Positions 1 through 13,101 of a stretch of 64,000 bases of DNA are shown here, in pieces. The position numbers and the translations under genes are program-made. The notes under the pieces were generated by a model. The model was not told the DNA's origin. It saw nothing but the letters and a program-made list of their open reading frames with translations, and did not search any database. Origin of the DNA: an uncultured Pseudomonadota bacterium (lineage in GTDB: Bacteria; Oederibacteriota; Muellerivitia; Muellerivitales; Muellerivitaceae); the NCBI GenBank assembly GCA_963836235.1, contig CAWIIP010000004.1, forward strand, positions 416,001 to 480,000, given 5' to 3'. Numbering within the stretch: position 1 is the stretch's first letter; each line of letters begins with the position of its first letter.

Positions 1-1
1 C

Positions 2-481
2 ATTGGCTCTTTGGCTTTCAATGAATTTCTGGACCGCCACCTTGTCGGCCCCTTCGGACTGGGAAATCTCGATAACGATCGTGCTGGGATCCAGCTGATG
101 TTCCTGAACTTTCCTCAACAGATAGCCCGAACCGACGGTGTCCGAGGTCAGGATGGAGGATTCAATGTTCAGGAAGAGAAGTAATCCTGGAATTTTGGAG
201 CGTATTTGAGTATAGCCCTCCAGGCCCTTGTCCCGAAAAAGCCGGTCCAAGGCCAACCGGGGCTCCTTGTCCTCCAAATGTTTATAAAGATGCTGGGGTT
301 CGATCAGCCTTTGATTTTCCGGGTCCACGCCACGGCCCAGTGCTTCCAAGCCAACAACACTTATTTTTTTTATTGAAACGATGGGCTGAAAAAAGGAAGC
401 CACGCTTTTTTGTTCGATAAGATCCAAGGGCTGGATAGAAGGTGTTTCCACTGGTTTTTCAGGGGACGTTAGGTTTTCCAT
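2..481 (-). CDS. EAL-domain protein (c-di-GMP phosphodiesterase family), truncated by the window start
   Basis: Manual minus-strand translation from ATG at 481: MENLTSPEKP...SFFQPIVSIKKISVVGLEALGRG...LALDRLF...LLLFLNIE...IVIEISQS. Contains the FQPIV, EAL, LFLN and IVIEI motifs of EAL domains. Not in the ORF track because it runs off the edge. Confidence 0.85.
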   Translation of the reverse strand, partial: MENLTSPEKPVETPSIQPLDLIEQKSVASFFQPIVSIKKISVVGLEALGRGVDPENQRLIEPQHLYKHLEDKEPRLALDRLFRDKGLEGYTQIRSKIPGLLLFLNIESSILTSDTVGSGYLLRKVQEHQLDPSTIVIEISQSEGADKVAVQKFIESQRAN

Positions 482-514
482 TGAGGCCTTTCCGCTTTTC
501 TTTGCCTATGTGAT

Positions 515-531
515 TGCAATGGGCGTGCCAG
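515..531 (-). promoter_or_regulatory. sigma54 (RpoN) -24/-12 promoter of the EAL gene
   Basis: Minus strand CTGGCACGCCCATTGCA matches the consensus YTGGCACG-N4-TTGCW with exact GG-N10-GC spacing, about 34 nt upstream of the ATG. An AT-rich region lies upstream. Confidence 0.8.
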
Positions 532-761
532 TTAAAGCCTGGAAACTCTTGGTTTGAGTAAAGTTAAACGGTACATCTTTGTCGGTTATGGAATTGTTCA
601 TTCTTGAAAATTATGAAATTTGAGTTTGTTCTGGCGCGAAGGATGCCTTGTCCGGCGAGTTATACAAAAAAAGAGGGTTGCCGAGCGATTTTTGATAACT
701 TTTCCTATGAAAATAATTCATTTAACGAAATTGTAGGCTTCCACAAAGGGGAAGGGAGATT

Positions 762-1439
762 TTAATAACGGTTTTTCCGGTCGAATTCGATCTCTCCATC
801 CCTAAGGCCGATCTGTCGCCCGGCCCGGGCGGCGTAATCCGGCTCATGGGTTACCATGAGGACGGTTGTTTTTTGGTCCTTGTTAACCCGCTCAAACAAT
901 GAAATCACTTTTTCCCCACTGACCGAATCCAGGTTGCCGGTAGGTTCGTCGGCCAAAAGGTATTTGGGGCGCATAATCAAGGCCCGGGCAATTGCCACCC
1001 TTTGGCGCTCGCCCCCGGAAATTTGCCCTGAAAGCTTTTTGCGGATGTGCCCGATCTCGAAGTCTTCCATCAGCTGGACGGCGTATTTTCTCAACTCCTC
1101 GTGACGGTTGGTTTTGCGGGCGGGGAAAAGGACGTTCTCCTCGCAATCCAGCTCGGGCAAAAGGTAATGGAATTGGAATACGAAACCCATGTTCAGGTTC
1201 CGGAAACGATGGAGGGCTTTAGAGGAAAGCCCCTGGGTATCCTGCCCATCCAAAAGAAGGTGGCCGGAAGACAGGGGGTCCAAGGTACTGAGGGAATAGA
1301 GCAGGGTGCTCTTGCCCGAACCAGATCGTCCGGTGATAGCCACAAATTCGCCGTCGGTTATTTCAAACGAAAGGTTTTTCAACACCACGGTTGGAGGTTG
1401 GCCGAACGACTTAATGATGTTTTTGGCGGTGAATCCCAT
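762..1439 (-). CDS. ABC transporter ATP-binding protein (LolD/MacB family)
   Basis: Walker A GRSGSGKST, signature ISGGERQRVAIARAL, Walker B LLADEPTGNLD, H-loop VTHE. Start placed at MGF after a GAGGGGGG RBS. Confidence 0.93.
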   Translation of the reverse strand: MGFTAKNIIKSFGQPPTVVLKNLSFEITDGEFVAITGRSGSGKSTLLYSLSTLDPLSSGHLLLDGQDTQGLSSKALHRFRNLNMGFVFQFHYLLPELDCEENVLFPARKTNRHEELRKYAVQLMEDFEIGHIRKKLSGQISGGERQRVAIARALIMRPKYLLADEPTGNLDSVSGEKVISLFERVNKDQKTTVLMVTHEPDYAARAGRQIGLRDGEIEFDRKNRY

Positions 1440-1440
1440 T

Positions 1441-2691
1441 TTATCCCCCCTCACTGCGAAGAATATCGATGGGTGCCATGCGGCTGGCGGCCCGCGCGGG
1501 AATGAAGCCAGCCAACAAACCGGAAAGGAAGGCCAGAAGGAAGCCGGTCACGTAAAAATAAGTATGCCAGGCGATCAACATGTGATTGATCCGGGTGATG
1601 CTGACCCCAGTGGAAAAAGTAATGGTTTGGACGTAAAGGCATACCAGGGTGCCCAGGCCCAGCCCAAGGATTCCGCCGATGAACCCCAGGATCAGCCCCT
1701 GGGAAAGAAACAATTGGACGATGTCCATCGGTTCAAAGCCCATCGACCGCAAAATGGCGATCTCGCCCCGCTTTTGCATCACCATCATGTTGAGGATGTT
1801 GTAAATCCCGAAAGCGGCGATCATCAGGACGACGAAGCTCAAAATATAGCGGATCATGTCCTGCATCTTGAAAACCTGGAAAAAGTTTGCGTTGGCTTCG
1901 TCCCAACTTTGGACGTTCTCCCGGCTGAGGGAGGCCCATTGGTCGGCCACTTTCTTGGCCAGGGTGATGTCCTTCAACTTCACGATGATTTGGGAGACTT
2001 GCCCCGGGGTCTGGTTGGCCTGTTGCACGTAATGAATGGGAGCGTAGGCGGTGACGTCATCGACCTGGGTCATTCCCGTAGCGAAAAAACCCGCCACTTT
2101 CGCCGGAATCACGTCCCCCCGGATGTCGACAATATTCAAGGTGTCGTTGACGTGAATTCCCAATTTTTGGGCAAGGGACTCCCCGATGATGATTTGAAAC
2201 CCGCCCTTGTCCAGATCCAGGAAATTGCCCACGGTCATGTCGTCCTGCACATCTGTAGCCAATATTTGTTTGGCCGCCTCGACCCCTATGAGGGTAATAG
2301 TGCGGGTCAACTTTCCCCGGTTGACCAAAACTTGGGCTGTGATTTGGGGCGCGTAGGCAAGAACGGTTTGATCCGCGTCCAGGCGGTCAAACCACCCCTG
2401 GGGATATTCGAGATGGGGCGGTTCGTCGTGGCTGACAGGCGGAACCACCCATTTCACGAGGGTGTCGGGGAAGAAATAAGGATCGAGGGAATGTTCCTCG
2501 ATCACCGGCTCCTCGGCCTTGATGCTGATATGGGCGGTGGTGTTGATGAGCCGTTGGATGAAATATTCCCGGAAACCCAGCATCATTCCGGAAAGGATGA
2601 GGAAGGCCGAGGTACCGAAGGTGATGCCTAACAAAGCAAGCACGGTCCGGCCCGGTTTCGACAACAATTGTTTGATGGCCAGGAAAAACAC
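1441..2691 (-). CDS. ABC transporter permease (LolC/E / MacB-FtsX family)
   Basis: N-terminal TM, large periplasmic domain, three C-terminal TMs with EIAILRSMG and PARAASRMAPIDILR motifs. Confidence 0.9.
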   Translation of the reverse strand: MFFLAIKQLLSKPGRTVLALLGITFGTSAFLILSGMMLGFREYFIQRLINTTAHISIKAEEPVIEEHSLDPYFFPDTLVKWVVPPVSHDEPPHLEYPQGWFDRLDADQTVLAYAPQITAQVLVNRGKLTRTITLIGVEAAKQILATDVQDDMTVGNFLDLDKGGFQIIIGESLAQKLGIHVNDTLNIVDIRGDVIPAKVAGFFATGMTQVDDVTAYAPIHYVQQANQTPGQVSQIIVKLKDITLAKKVADQWASLSRENVQSWDEANANFFQVFKMQDMIRYILSFVVLMIAAFGIYNILNMMVMQKRGEIAILRSMGFEPMDIVQLFLSQGLILGFIGGILGLGLGTLVCLYVQTITFSTGVSITRINHMLIAWHTYFYVTGFLLAFLSGLLAGFIPARAASRMAPIDILRSEGG

Positions 2692-2693
2692 GG

Positions 2694-3482
2694 CTATTTA
2701 CCCGGCAGGATAAGCGTATCCCCGGCTTGGATGCTCTTGTCCGCCACCTCGGCCCAAGTGCCGTCGGTGATCCCCAACTTCACCGGAATTCTCTTCGGGA
2801 TTCCGCTTCGCAGGACTGTCACGTAACCCTGGTCCACCGCGACGAAGGGGATCTGCAGAACATTGTCCTTAGCCGAGACTTGGATGGCCACATCGCAGGT
2901 CATGCCGACAAGAATTCCGGCGGGTAAACCCGGCGCCTCGATATTCACGTAGAACTCACCGTCTTTGGGATAAATAGCTGAAACGGCGCCGTCAAGCTTC
3001 TGCCCTCGAAGACTTTCGAAACTGAGGAAAGCTTTTTGCCCGTTTCGCACCGGGATGGCGCCCGATTGTTCCAGCGAAACCACGACATAAGGGTTTTTTA
3101 AATCGGTCAAGGTCAGGACGGACAATTGCGGAAAGATGGTTTCGCCTTCTTTGTAAGGGAGGGAGGTGACCACCCCGTCGAAAGGAGCCCGGATCAGGTG
3201 GTTGTCCATGAAGGAGACAAGAGGATCTTCTTTTTTAACTGTGGACCCCTCGTCGATATAAAGTTTTTTCAAAGTGTCCATGACCCCCAATTTCAAGTCA
3301 TAGGTGTGCCGGGCCGTGACCGTTCCAATTCCATACACCGATTCGACTACGGGGCCCAGCTTGGGATGGGCTTCGTTAGAAATAGATCGCAGTACGGTAA
3401 TGGCGAAACCGACCCCGCATAAAACCACTAAGGCCAGGATTGATAAGCCCCAATGTTTTTTAATCCAGTCGAGAGTTTTCAT
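2694..3482 (-). CDS. Efflux periplasmic adaptor (MacA/HlyD-like membrane fusion protein)
   Basis: N-terminal TM, lipoyl-like halves (IDEGSTVKKEDPL ... IRAPFDGVV) with almost no helical hairpin between them, and GMTCDVAI...NVLQIP motif. Start placed at MKTLDW. Confidence 0.8.
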   Translation of the reverse strand: MKTLDWIKKHWGLSILALVVLCGVGFAITVLRSISNEAHPKLGPVVESVYGIGTVTARHTYDLKLGVMDTLKKLYIDEGSTVKKEDPLVSFMDNHLIRAPFDGVVTSLPYKEGETIFPQLSVLTLTDLKNPYVVVSLEQSGAIPVRNGQKAFLSFESLRGQKLDGAVSAIYPKDGEFYVNIEAPGLPAGILVGMTCDVAIQVSAKDNVLQIPFVAVDQGYVTVLRSGIPKRIPVKLGITDGTWAEVADKSIQAGDTLILPGK

Positions 3483-3603
3483 GTCTCTAAAATATTGAAT
3501 CCGCCGGAAACGCAAGATGACGCGGGTCATAAAAAGGAAGAATGTAGCCGTCACTTTTCATGAAGAGGCCACTATAATGGGCGAACTTTAAACGGAGGAT
3601 TTC

Positions 3604-4452
3604 GTGAACCCCTATTTTTTGATCGGTTTGACCCTGGCGGGCTTGGTGGTATGGACGTCCGGGTCCTATTTCTTTTGGCGGATCAGCAAGGGCAATAGGG
3701 CCCGGTTGGCTCCCAAGGATCTGCAGCCCGCCTACCGCCTGGCGGAACAGTGGCTTTCCGAATCCCAACGAAAATTGGAAGACCTCTACAAGAAGTCCGA
3801 ACAGCCGCTGGGGACCGCTCAAAATGAGCTTCTGGAATTGCGCTTGGAAGCGGGCCGACTTCCCCAGGGGGTCAAGGGCTTGAGGTCGGTCCGCGAATCC
3901 CTGGCGGGCGCTTATAACCCCGTGGACCACAAAAAAAACCTTTTGGAATTAACCCGGCTTTATTTGGATGGGGCTGATTTCCACGGTGGGGAGGGTTCCC
4001 TTATTTTCCTAAGGACGCCGTTGGGAGAAATGCCTTGCTTGGAGGCCGGAAAACAAGGAAATTCATTGGCGGACGACGATATGAAATTGGCTTTGAATCT
4101 TTTAAGCCGGGCCTTGAGCCAAAACCCGGCGACGGGTGGATTTCTTTACCTGGGAGACGATAGCCAATATCAGGCCTGCCTTCAAAAGTCCGAGTGGATG
4201 GAGGGGTTAAAGTCCCAGCGTCTGATGGTCATGGATTTCAGGGGTTTTACGGCCCTGCTTCTTTCTCTGCGATTGGCTAAAGACGCTGAAAAAGTATTGG
4301 GGGCTTTTGAACAAGGGGTGGAAGCCACTAAGATTTTATTGGGACAATCGGAAAAAATGAGCGCCGAATTGTCCCGATTGAGCGCCCATTCCCTAAAAGT
4401 TCGTTCTATTATCGAGGGTGGAATTCCCACTGAAATGGCCGAAAAGGAGTAA
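3604..4452 (+). CDS. Membrane-anchored coiled-coil protein, divergent RmuC-like
   Basis: N-terminal TM and coiled coil. The C-terminal GGFLYLGDDSQY...RLMVMDFRGFTALLLSL plus coiled coil resembles the RmuC C-terminal region. Confidence 0.5.
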   Translation: MNPYFLIGLTLAGLVVWTSGSYFFWRISKGNRARLAPKDLQPAYRLAEQWLSESQRKLEDLYKKSEQPLGTAQNELLELRLEAGRLPQGVKGLRSVRESLAGAYNPVDHKKNLLELTRLYLDGADFHGGEGSLIFLRTPLGEMPCLEAGKQGNSLADDDMKLALNLLSRALSQNPATGGFLYLGDDSQYQACLQKSEWMEGLKSQRLMVMDFRGFTALLLSLRLAKDAEKVLGAFEQGVEATKILLGQSEKMSAELSRLSAHSLKVRSIIEGGIPTEMAEKE

Positions 4453-4455
4453 GCC

Positions 4456-4836
4456 TTGAGTTGGAAGGATTTGCTGACCAAGAATCTTTATGTGACAACC
4501 CCCCAAGACACGGACCTTTTTTTTCGTCCCCGTAAATATTCCAATGCCAAGGAAGAGGTTGTCAAAGCCACTTTGGAAGTCATCGGGAGCCTGTCCCGGT
4601 GGAAGGTGGTTGATCATCGGGAAAACCAGGGACGCATCCGGGCGACTTGCGCCGCTCGGTTTCTTCCTTTCGCAGACGATGTAGACATTTATATTGTGCA
4701 AGGTTTGGATGGCGTGACCAAGTTGGAAATCCTTTCCAGGGCCCAAGGTGGCAAGGGTGATTTTGGGAGGAATAAACGAAACATTCGGGAATTCCTTTCC
4801 GCTTTGGATAACAAACTTCCGCCGACTCCATCTTGA
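4456..4836 (+). CDS. DUF1499-family protein
   Basis: IRATCAARFLPFADDVDI...LSRAQGGKGDFGRNKRNIREF matches the F.DD / SR.G..D.G.N..R motifs of DUF1499. Confidence 0.75.
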   Translation: MSWKDLLTKNLYVTTPQDTDLFFRPRKYSNAKEEVVKATLEVIGSLSRWKVVDHRENQGRIRATCAARFLPFADDVDIYIVQGLDGVTKLEILSRAQGGKGDFGRNKRNIREFLSALDNKLPPTPS

Positions 4837-4860
4837 CATCCGGCCTTTAACCCGTATAAT
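4833..4860 (+). promoter_or_regulatory. sigma70 promoter of the pyr operon
   Basis: Perfect TTGACA (4833-4838), 16 nt spacer, TATAAT (4855-4860), directly upstream of the attenuator leader. Confidence 0.85.
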
Positions 4861-4875
4861 TCCAACAGTTGTCCA

Positions 4876-4906
4876 CCTTTAACGGGGTCCAGAGAGACCC
4901 TCAAGG
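4876..4906 (+). promoter_or_regulatory. PyrR-binding loop (pyrimidine attenuator anti-antiterminator)
   Basis: CCTTTAACGGGGTCCAGAGAGACCCTCAAGG carries the CTTTAA and GTCCAGAGAG elements of PyrR-binding stem-loops and lies immediately upstream of pyrR. Confidence 0.88.
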
Positions 4907-4948
4907 AAAAGACGATGAAGCATGCTTGCGCTCAAACTGAAAATCCCA

Positions 4949-4991
4949 GACCCTTTCCTCCCCATTTTGGAGTGAAAGGGTTTTTTGTTTT
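4949..4991 (+). terminator. Attenuator intrinsic terminator upstream of pyrR
   Basis: Stem ACCCTTTC-CTCC / GGAG-T-GAAAGGGT followed by TTTTTGTTTT. Confidence 0.85.
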
Positions 4992-5000
4992 GGCGGCTTC

Positions 5001-5549
5001 ATGAGCCCCAAAATCAAAGCCCTCATCATGGAAGCCCGAGACATGGACCGGGCCCTCACCCGCATCGCCCACGAAATACTCGAACGAAACAAGGGCATCC
5101 AAGACCTAGTCCTCATCGGTATCAAGACCCGTGGAGATGTTTTAGCGGAGCGGTTGGCGTCCAAGATCAAGTCCATTGAAGGTACGGCGGTGCCTTTTGG
5201 GGCCATGGATATCACCTTTTACCGCGACGATGCCGGAATCCATAAACCCGAGAAGGCACCCTCTCCCACTGACCTTCCCTTTGACGTGAACAAGAAAAAG
5301 GTCATTCTAGTGGATGACGTCCTTTATACGGGCCGAAGCGCCAGGGCCGCCATCGACCAGATCATCGATTTCGGCCGTCCCACCTTCATCCAATATGCCG
5401 TCCTGGTAGACCGGGGCCATCGGGAGTTTCCCATTCACGCGGATTATGTCGGCAAGAACATACCTTCCGCCTCCAAGGAGCAGGTTCTGGTTCATGTGAA
5501 GGAAAATGACGGCAAAGATGAAGTGGTTATCGCGGAGAGTGAAGTATGA
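5001..5549 (+). CDS. pyrR: Bifunctional pyr operon regulator / uracil phosphoribosyltransferase PyrR
   Basis: [26 protein letters not shown]-binding [30 protein letters not shown]. Confidence 0.97.
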   Translation: MSPKIKALIMEARDMDRALTRIAHEILERNKGIQDLVLIGIKTRGDVLAERLASKIKSIEGTAVPFGAMDITFYRDDAGIHKPEKAPSPTDLPFDVNKKKVILVDDVLYTGRSARAAIDQIIDFGRPTFIQYAVLVDRGHREFPIHADYVGKNIPSASKEQVLVHVKENDGKDEVVIAESEV

Positions 5550-6484
5550 GCTGGAAATCCAAGGATCTCTTGACCATCGAGGAACTTTCGGCGGAGGAGA
5601 TCACCCATATCCTCGATACCGCCGCTTCTTTCAAAGAAGTTTCTACCCGGTCGGTGAAAAAGGTGCCCGCTTTGCGGGGCCGCACAGTGGTGCTTTTCTT
5701 CCACGAGCCCTCTACCCGGACCCGCATTTCCTTCGAGCTGGCGGCCAAAAGACTCAGCGCTGATATCCTGAACGTCCAAACTTCCTCCTCTTCGCTTGTC
5801 AAAGGGGAGACCCTGATCGACACCTTGAAGACCCTGGAATCCATGACTATCGACGCCTTGGTGGTTCGGCATAAGTCCTCCGGAGTGCCGCAGATGCTGG
5901 CCAATATCACCAAAGCCACGGTCATCAATGCTGGCGATGGTGCCCATGAGCATCCTACCCAGGGTCTGCTCGACCTCTTCACCATCCGGGAACACAAAGG
6001 AAAGGTAGAGGGATTGACCGTCACCATCGTGGGAGATATCACCCACAGCCGAGTGGCCCGGTCCAATATCCGGGGGCTTTTGAAGCTCGGCGCCAAGGTG
6101 CGGGTTTGCGCCCCGGCCACCCTGTTGCCGATGGGCATTGAGAAGATGGGAGTGGAAGTTTTTCACGACCTGGACAAGGCCCTCGACGGAACGGATGTGG
6201 TTTATGTACTCAGGCTCCAACTGGAAAGGCAAAAGAACAACCTCTTTCCGACCATCCGGGAATATAGCCTTCTTTTTGGGGTCAATAACGAGAGACTTAA
6301 GCGTGCCAAGAAGGACGCCATCGTGATGCACCCCGGCCCCATGAACCGGGGGGTGGAGATTTCGTCTGGGGTGGCCGATGGATCTCAATCGGTTATCGAC
6401 GATCAAGTCACCAACGGCGTGGCGGTTCGTATGGCGGTTCTCTACTTGCTCCAAGGCGAAAACAAGGAAGGGGTAAACCCATGA
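5546..6484 (+). CDS. pyrB: Aspartate carbamoyltransferase catalytic subunit
   Basis: [45 protein letters not shown]. Confidence 0.97.
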   Translation: MSWKSKDLLTIEELSAEEITHILDTAASFKEVSTRSVKKVPALRGRTVVLFFHEPSTRTRISFELAAKRLSADILNVQTSSSSLVKGETLIDTLKTLESMTIDALVVRHKSSGVPQMLANITKATVINAGDGAHEHPTQGLLDLFTIREHKGKVEGLTVTIVGDITHSRVARSNIRGLLKLGAKVRVCAPATLLPMGIEKMGVEVFHDLDKALDGTDVVYVLRLQLERQKNNLFPTIREYSLLFGVNNERLKRAKKDAIVMHPGPMNRGVEISSGVADGSQSVIDDQVTNGVAVRMAVLYLLQGENKEGVNP

Positions 6485-7857
6485 AGACAATCCTGATTCA
6501 GGGCGGCCACGTAGTGGACCCGGCCAACCAAATCGACGGCGATGCCGATGTCTTCATCAAGGATGGCAAAATCGAGAAAGTAGGCAAGGGCCTGAAGGTG
6601 AAGGCGGACCAAACCATCGACGCCAAGGGAAAGATCGTGACGCCGGGCTTAGTTGACATTCACGTGCATTTTCGTGAGCCGGGGTTTGAATATAAGGAAA
6701 CCATCGCGACCGGCTCCCATTCTGCCGTGGCCGGGGGGGTTACCTCGGTGGCCTGCATGCCCAACACCAACCCGCCCATTGACGACCAAGCTATTGTTCA
6801 CTTCATCAAGAGTAAGGCTGAAAAAGAAGGCTACTGCCACGTCTATCCCATCGGCTGCATCTCCAAGCGCCGGGAAGGGCAGGAAATGGCCGAGTTGGGC
6901 GAGCTGAAAAAGGCTGGGGCGGTAGCCCTCTCCGATGACGGAGCCCCCATCATGAACGCCGAACTGATGCGCCGGGTGATGGAATACGCCAAGATGCTGG
7001 ATCTGACGGTTATCGACCATTGCGAGGATTCGCATCTTTCCAATGAAGGGGTCATGCACGAGGGGGAAGCCTCCACGGCCATGGGCCTAAGAGGAATCCC
7101 GGCCGCTTCGGAAACTGTCATGGTGGCCCGCAACATCCTCCTGGCCGAAATGACGGGGGCCAAGTTCCACGCCGCCCACGTTTCCACCGCCGGGTCGGTG
7201 GAGCTCATCCGCCAGGCAAAGAAAAAAGGAATCAATGTAACCGCCGAAACCTGCCCCCACTATTGGACCCTGTCCGACAAGTCGATTAAAAACTACAACG
7301 CCAACTTCAAGATGAACCCGCCCTTGCGGGGCGAGGAAGATGTGGCGGCTATAAGGAAAGGCATCAAGGAAGGCGTCATCGACTGTATCTGCACCGACCA
7401 CGCGCCCCACGCCTCCACGGAAAAACAATGCGAGTTCGACCAGGCCGCCTTCGGCATCGTGGGGTTGGAAACCATGTTCCCCTTAACCTACAGCCACCTG
7501 GTGGAGCCGGGTGTCATCTCCCTATCCCGGGCGGTGGAAATGCTGACCACCGCGGCGTCCAAAATCATTGGAATTCCCAAAGGGACATTATCGGAAGGGG
7601 CCGACGCGGACGTCTCCATTTTTGATATTAAGAATGAGAAGAAAGTGGATGCGGCCAAGTTCAAGAGCAAGGGTAAGAATAGCCCCTTCAACGGTTGGAA
7701 CCTAAAGGGTTGGGCGGTGACGACAATCGTGAGTGGCGAGGTCAAATATCCTTCAAATCAAAATGAGGACTTGAAGACGATTGTGGAAAAGATAAATGAA
7801 ATGCCTAATGATGAAAATCAACATCAAAAAGGAAAGTCGCCCTATTTACCTTTTTGA
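6481..7857 (+). CDS. pyrC: Dihydroorotase (type I)
   Basis: [40 protein letters not shown]. Carries an extra AT-rich C-terminal tail of about 35 aa. Confidence 0.96.
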   Translation: MKTILIQGGHVVDPANQIDGDADVFIKDGKIEKVGKGLKVKADQTIDAKGKIVTPGLVDIHVHFREPGFEYKETIATGSHSAVAGGVTSVACMPNTNPPIDDQAIVHFIKSKAEKEGYCHVYPIGCISKRREGQEMAELGELKKAGAVALSDDGAPIMNAELMRRVMEYAKMLDLTVIDHCEDSHLSNEGVMHEGEASTAMGLRGIPAASETVMVARNILLAEMTGAKFHAAHVSTAGSVELIRQAKKKGINVTAETCPHYWTLSDKSIKNYNANFKMNPPLRGEEDVAAIRKGIKEGVIDCICTDHAPHASTEKQCEFDQAAFGIVGLETMFPLTYSHLVEPGVISLSRAVEMLTTAASKIIGIPKGTLSEGADADVSIFDIKNEKKVDAAKFKSKGKNSPFNGWNLKGWAVTTIVSGEVKYPSNQNEDLKTIVEKINEMPNDENQHQKGKSPYLPF

Positions 7858-7869
7858 CAAAGGTTTAAA

Positions 7870-9042
7870 ATGAAATCCAACAAGCTGAAAAGGGCGATTC
7901 TTGCGCTCGAAGATGGCGTCTGGTTTGAAGGTCTGTCTTTTGGGGCCGAAGGAAAATCGTTCGGCGAGGTCTGTTTCAATACTTCGATGACGGGTTACCA
8001 GGAAATCCTCACCGATCCCTCCTACCGGGGCCAGATCGTTACCATGACCTATCCCCTCATCGGTAATTACGGCGTGAACCATGTGGATGTCGAATCCCGC
8101 AAACCCTTCCTTTCCGGCTTCGTGGTGAAGGAATACTGTAAGCATCCCTCCAACTATCGTATGACCCAAACCCTGGGGGATTACCTCAATAAGAACAACA
8201 TTATCGGTATTGAAGGTATTGATACCCGCGCCCTAACATCCCACTTGCGCACCCACGGGGCTAAGAACGGTGTGCTTTCCACCACTGAACTGGACCCCAA
8301 GAAACTGGTGAAACAGGCCAAAGATAGTCCAGGCTTGGTGGGCCGGGACTTGGTGAAGGAAGTCACTTGCGAAAAACCATATCACTGGACCGAGCTTCCC
8401 TACAACCTGGATCAACCCACGGACAAGGCTGATACCCAAATGAATTTGGCGGGCCTGACGCCTCCGGAAAAGCGGATCAAGATTGCGGCTCTGGATTGCG
8501 GTATTAAATACAACATCCTAAGGCGGCTGACCGCCGAAGGTTTCGACGTGACGGTATTCCCGGCAACCACCAAGGTCGACGCCTTCATGAACAAGGGTTT
8601 CAAGGGCGTGTTTCTTTCTAATGGTCCCGGTGACCCGGAAGGTGTGCCCTATGTGGCCCAAACTGTGCGCGATTTGATCGAAAAAAATGTGCCTATCTTC
8701 GGCATTTGCCTGGGGCACCAGATTTTAGGTTTGGCCTTAGGGGGGAAGACTTACAAGATGAAATTCGGCCATCGGGGCGGCAACCAGCCGGTCGTGAACA
8801 CCAAGAACTATAAGGTGGAAATCACCAGTCAGAACCACGGTTTCGCGGTTGATCCTGCCAGCTTGGACAAGAGCCTGGTTTACCAGAGCCACATTAATTT
8901 GAGTGACAACACCAGCGAGGGCATGGCGATGAAGCATAAGCCGGTCTTTTCGGTGCAATACCACCCCGAAGCTTCGCCAGGGCCGCATGACTCTCGATAT
9001 CTCTTTAAACAATTCCGCGAGATGGTCGAGCGGACCGGTTGA
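7870..9042 (+). CDS. carA: Carbamoyl-phosphate synthase small subunit
   Basis: GEVCFNTSMTGYQEILTDPSY, LSNGPGDP, catalytic GICLGHQ, SVQYHPEASPGPHD. Confidence 0.98.
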   Translation: MKSNKLKRAILALEDGVWFEGLSFGAEGKSFGEVCFNTSMTGYQEILTDPSYRGQIVTMTYPLIGNYGVNHVDVESRKPFLSGFVVKEYCKHPSNYRMTQTLGDYLNKNNIIGIEGIDTRALTSHLRTHGAKNGVLSTTELDPKKLVKQAKDSPGLVGRDLVKEVTCEKPYHWTELPYNLDQPTDKADTQMNLAGLTPPEKRIKIAALDCGIKYNILRRLTAEGFDVTVFPATTKVDAFMNKGFKGVFLSNGPGDPEGVPYVAQTVRDLIEKNVPIFGICLGHQILGLALGGKTYKMKFGHRGGNQPVVNTKNYKVEITSQNHGFAVDPASLDKSLVYQSHINLSDNTSEGMAMKHKPVFSVQYHPEASPGPHDSRYLFKQFREMVERTG

Positions 9043-9062
9043 TCAAATAGGAGGAGGCTGCC

Positions 9063-9398
9063 TTGGGTGACGAGCAAAAGATACCCTTCCACAGGAAGGA
9101 TAGCGTAAAGCGGGCGCAGGTCGAGCATATGAAGGAACGGCTCATCCGGCGGGTCCACCGGTCCCATTCGGTGCCCCTGATCATCGCCGTTTTCCTGGGC
9201 TTTTGCTTATGGAAGGGGATGGATATCCGGACCTGGCCGGTTTGGGGCCCTTGCGCGGTCTTGGCGGCGGTCTATTTCTTGACCATGGCCTTGAGTGTCT
9301 GTCCCCGCTGTGGGCGCCGTTTTTTCGGGGGAATGGGATGGATCTTCGGGTTCGCGCACAGCATCCATTGCGGCAAATGCGGGTTCAAGCTGTTTTGA
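9063..9398 (+). CDS. Small 2-TM membrane protein with C-terminal CxxC...CxxC zinc ribbon
   Basis: AGGAGGAGG RBS before a TTG start, two hydrophobic helices, CPRCGRRFF...CGKCGFKL. Confidence 0.7.
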   Translation: MGDEQKIPFHRKDSVKRAQVEHMKERLIRRVHRSHSVPLIIAVFLGFCLWKGMDIRTWPVWGPCAVLAAVYFLTMALSVCPRCGRRFFGGMGWIFGFAHSIHCGKCGFKLF

Positions 9399-9419
9399 TG
9401 CTTGCGCGCAATGACAAGT

Positions 9420-9482
9420 TGGCCGCCTGATTCAAGGTGCTTGTTTAAACAGTTCAGGGAAATGCTGGAGAAGAATGCTTGA
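9420..9482 (+). pseudogene. Relic duplicate of the carA 3' end
   Basis: Translates [20 protein letters not shown] versus the carA end GPHDSRYLFKQFREMVERTG* (8980-9042). Same length to the stop codon. Confidence 0.85.
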
Positions 9483-9804
9483 AGAAAGCTGAAAAAAATT
9501 CGTTATTAGTAATAAAAATTGCCGGTTGGTCTCGAAAGTTAATGATTTTTCTTCTTTGTTCGGGGCTCACTTTTTTTCTTCTGTTTGGGATTGGTTCGTT
9601 GTTTTTTAAAAGTAAATTCGATTTGATTTTTGGCTTTTACTTTTTGGTCGGTTACGGTGTGCTTTTGTCGTTGTTAGGGATGTTGTCTTTGGTGTTTATG
9701 TGTCCCCGATGTGGAAAGCAATTTTATGTTGGGCAACAGCGTAGATCGCTTTTAACTGATAAATGCTTGAATTGTGGGTGGGGAATGAAAGGTGATTTGG
9801 AATA

Positions 9805-9805
<1 letters not shown>
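9479..9805 (+). CDS. Small 2-TM membrane protein with C-terminal CxxC...CxxC zinc ribbon (AT-rich)
   Basis: TTG start overlaps the relic carA stop, two hydrophobic helices, CPRCGKQFY...CLNCGW. Its stop overlaps the carB ATG (TAATG). Confidence 0.7.

Positions 9806-13101
<3,296 letters not shown>

Noticed and set aside
1306-2631. 441 aa + strand ORF and other long antisense ORFs (e.g. 5492-6490, 11872-12963, 37022-38107)
   Set aside because: They are shadows of well-supported genes on the opposite strand and have no recognisable motifs.
7750-7857. AT-rich C-terminal extension of PyrC as a separate relic cassette
   Set aside because: I found no duplicated pyrC tail or recognisable ORF remnant. 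It may simply be a lost stop codon.
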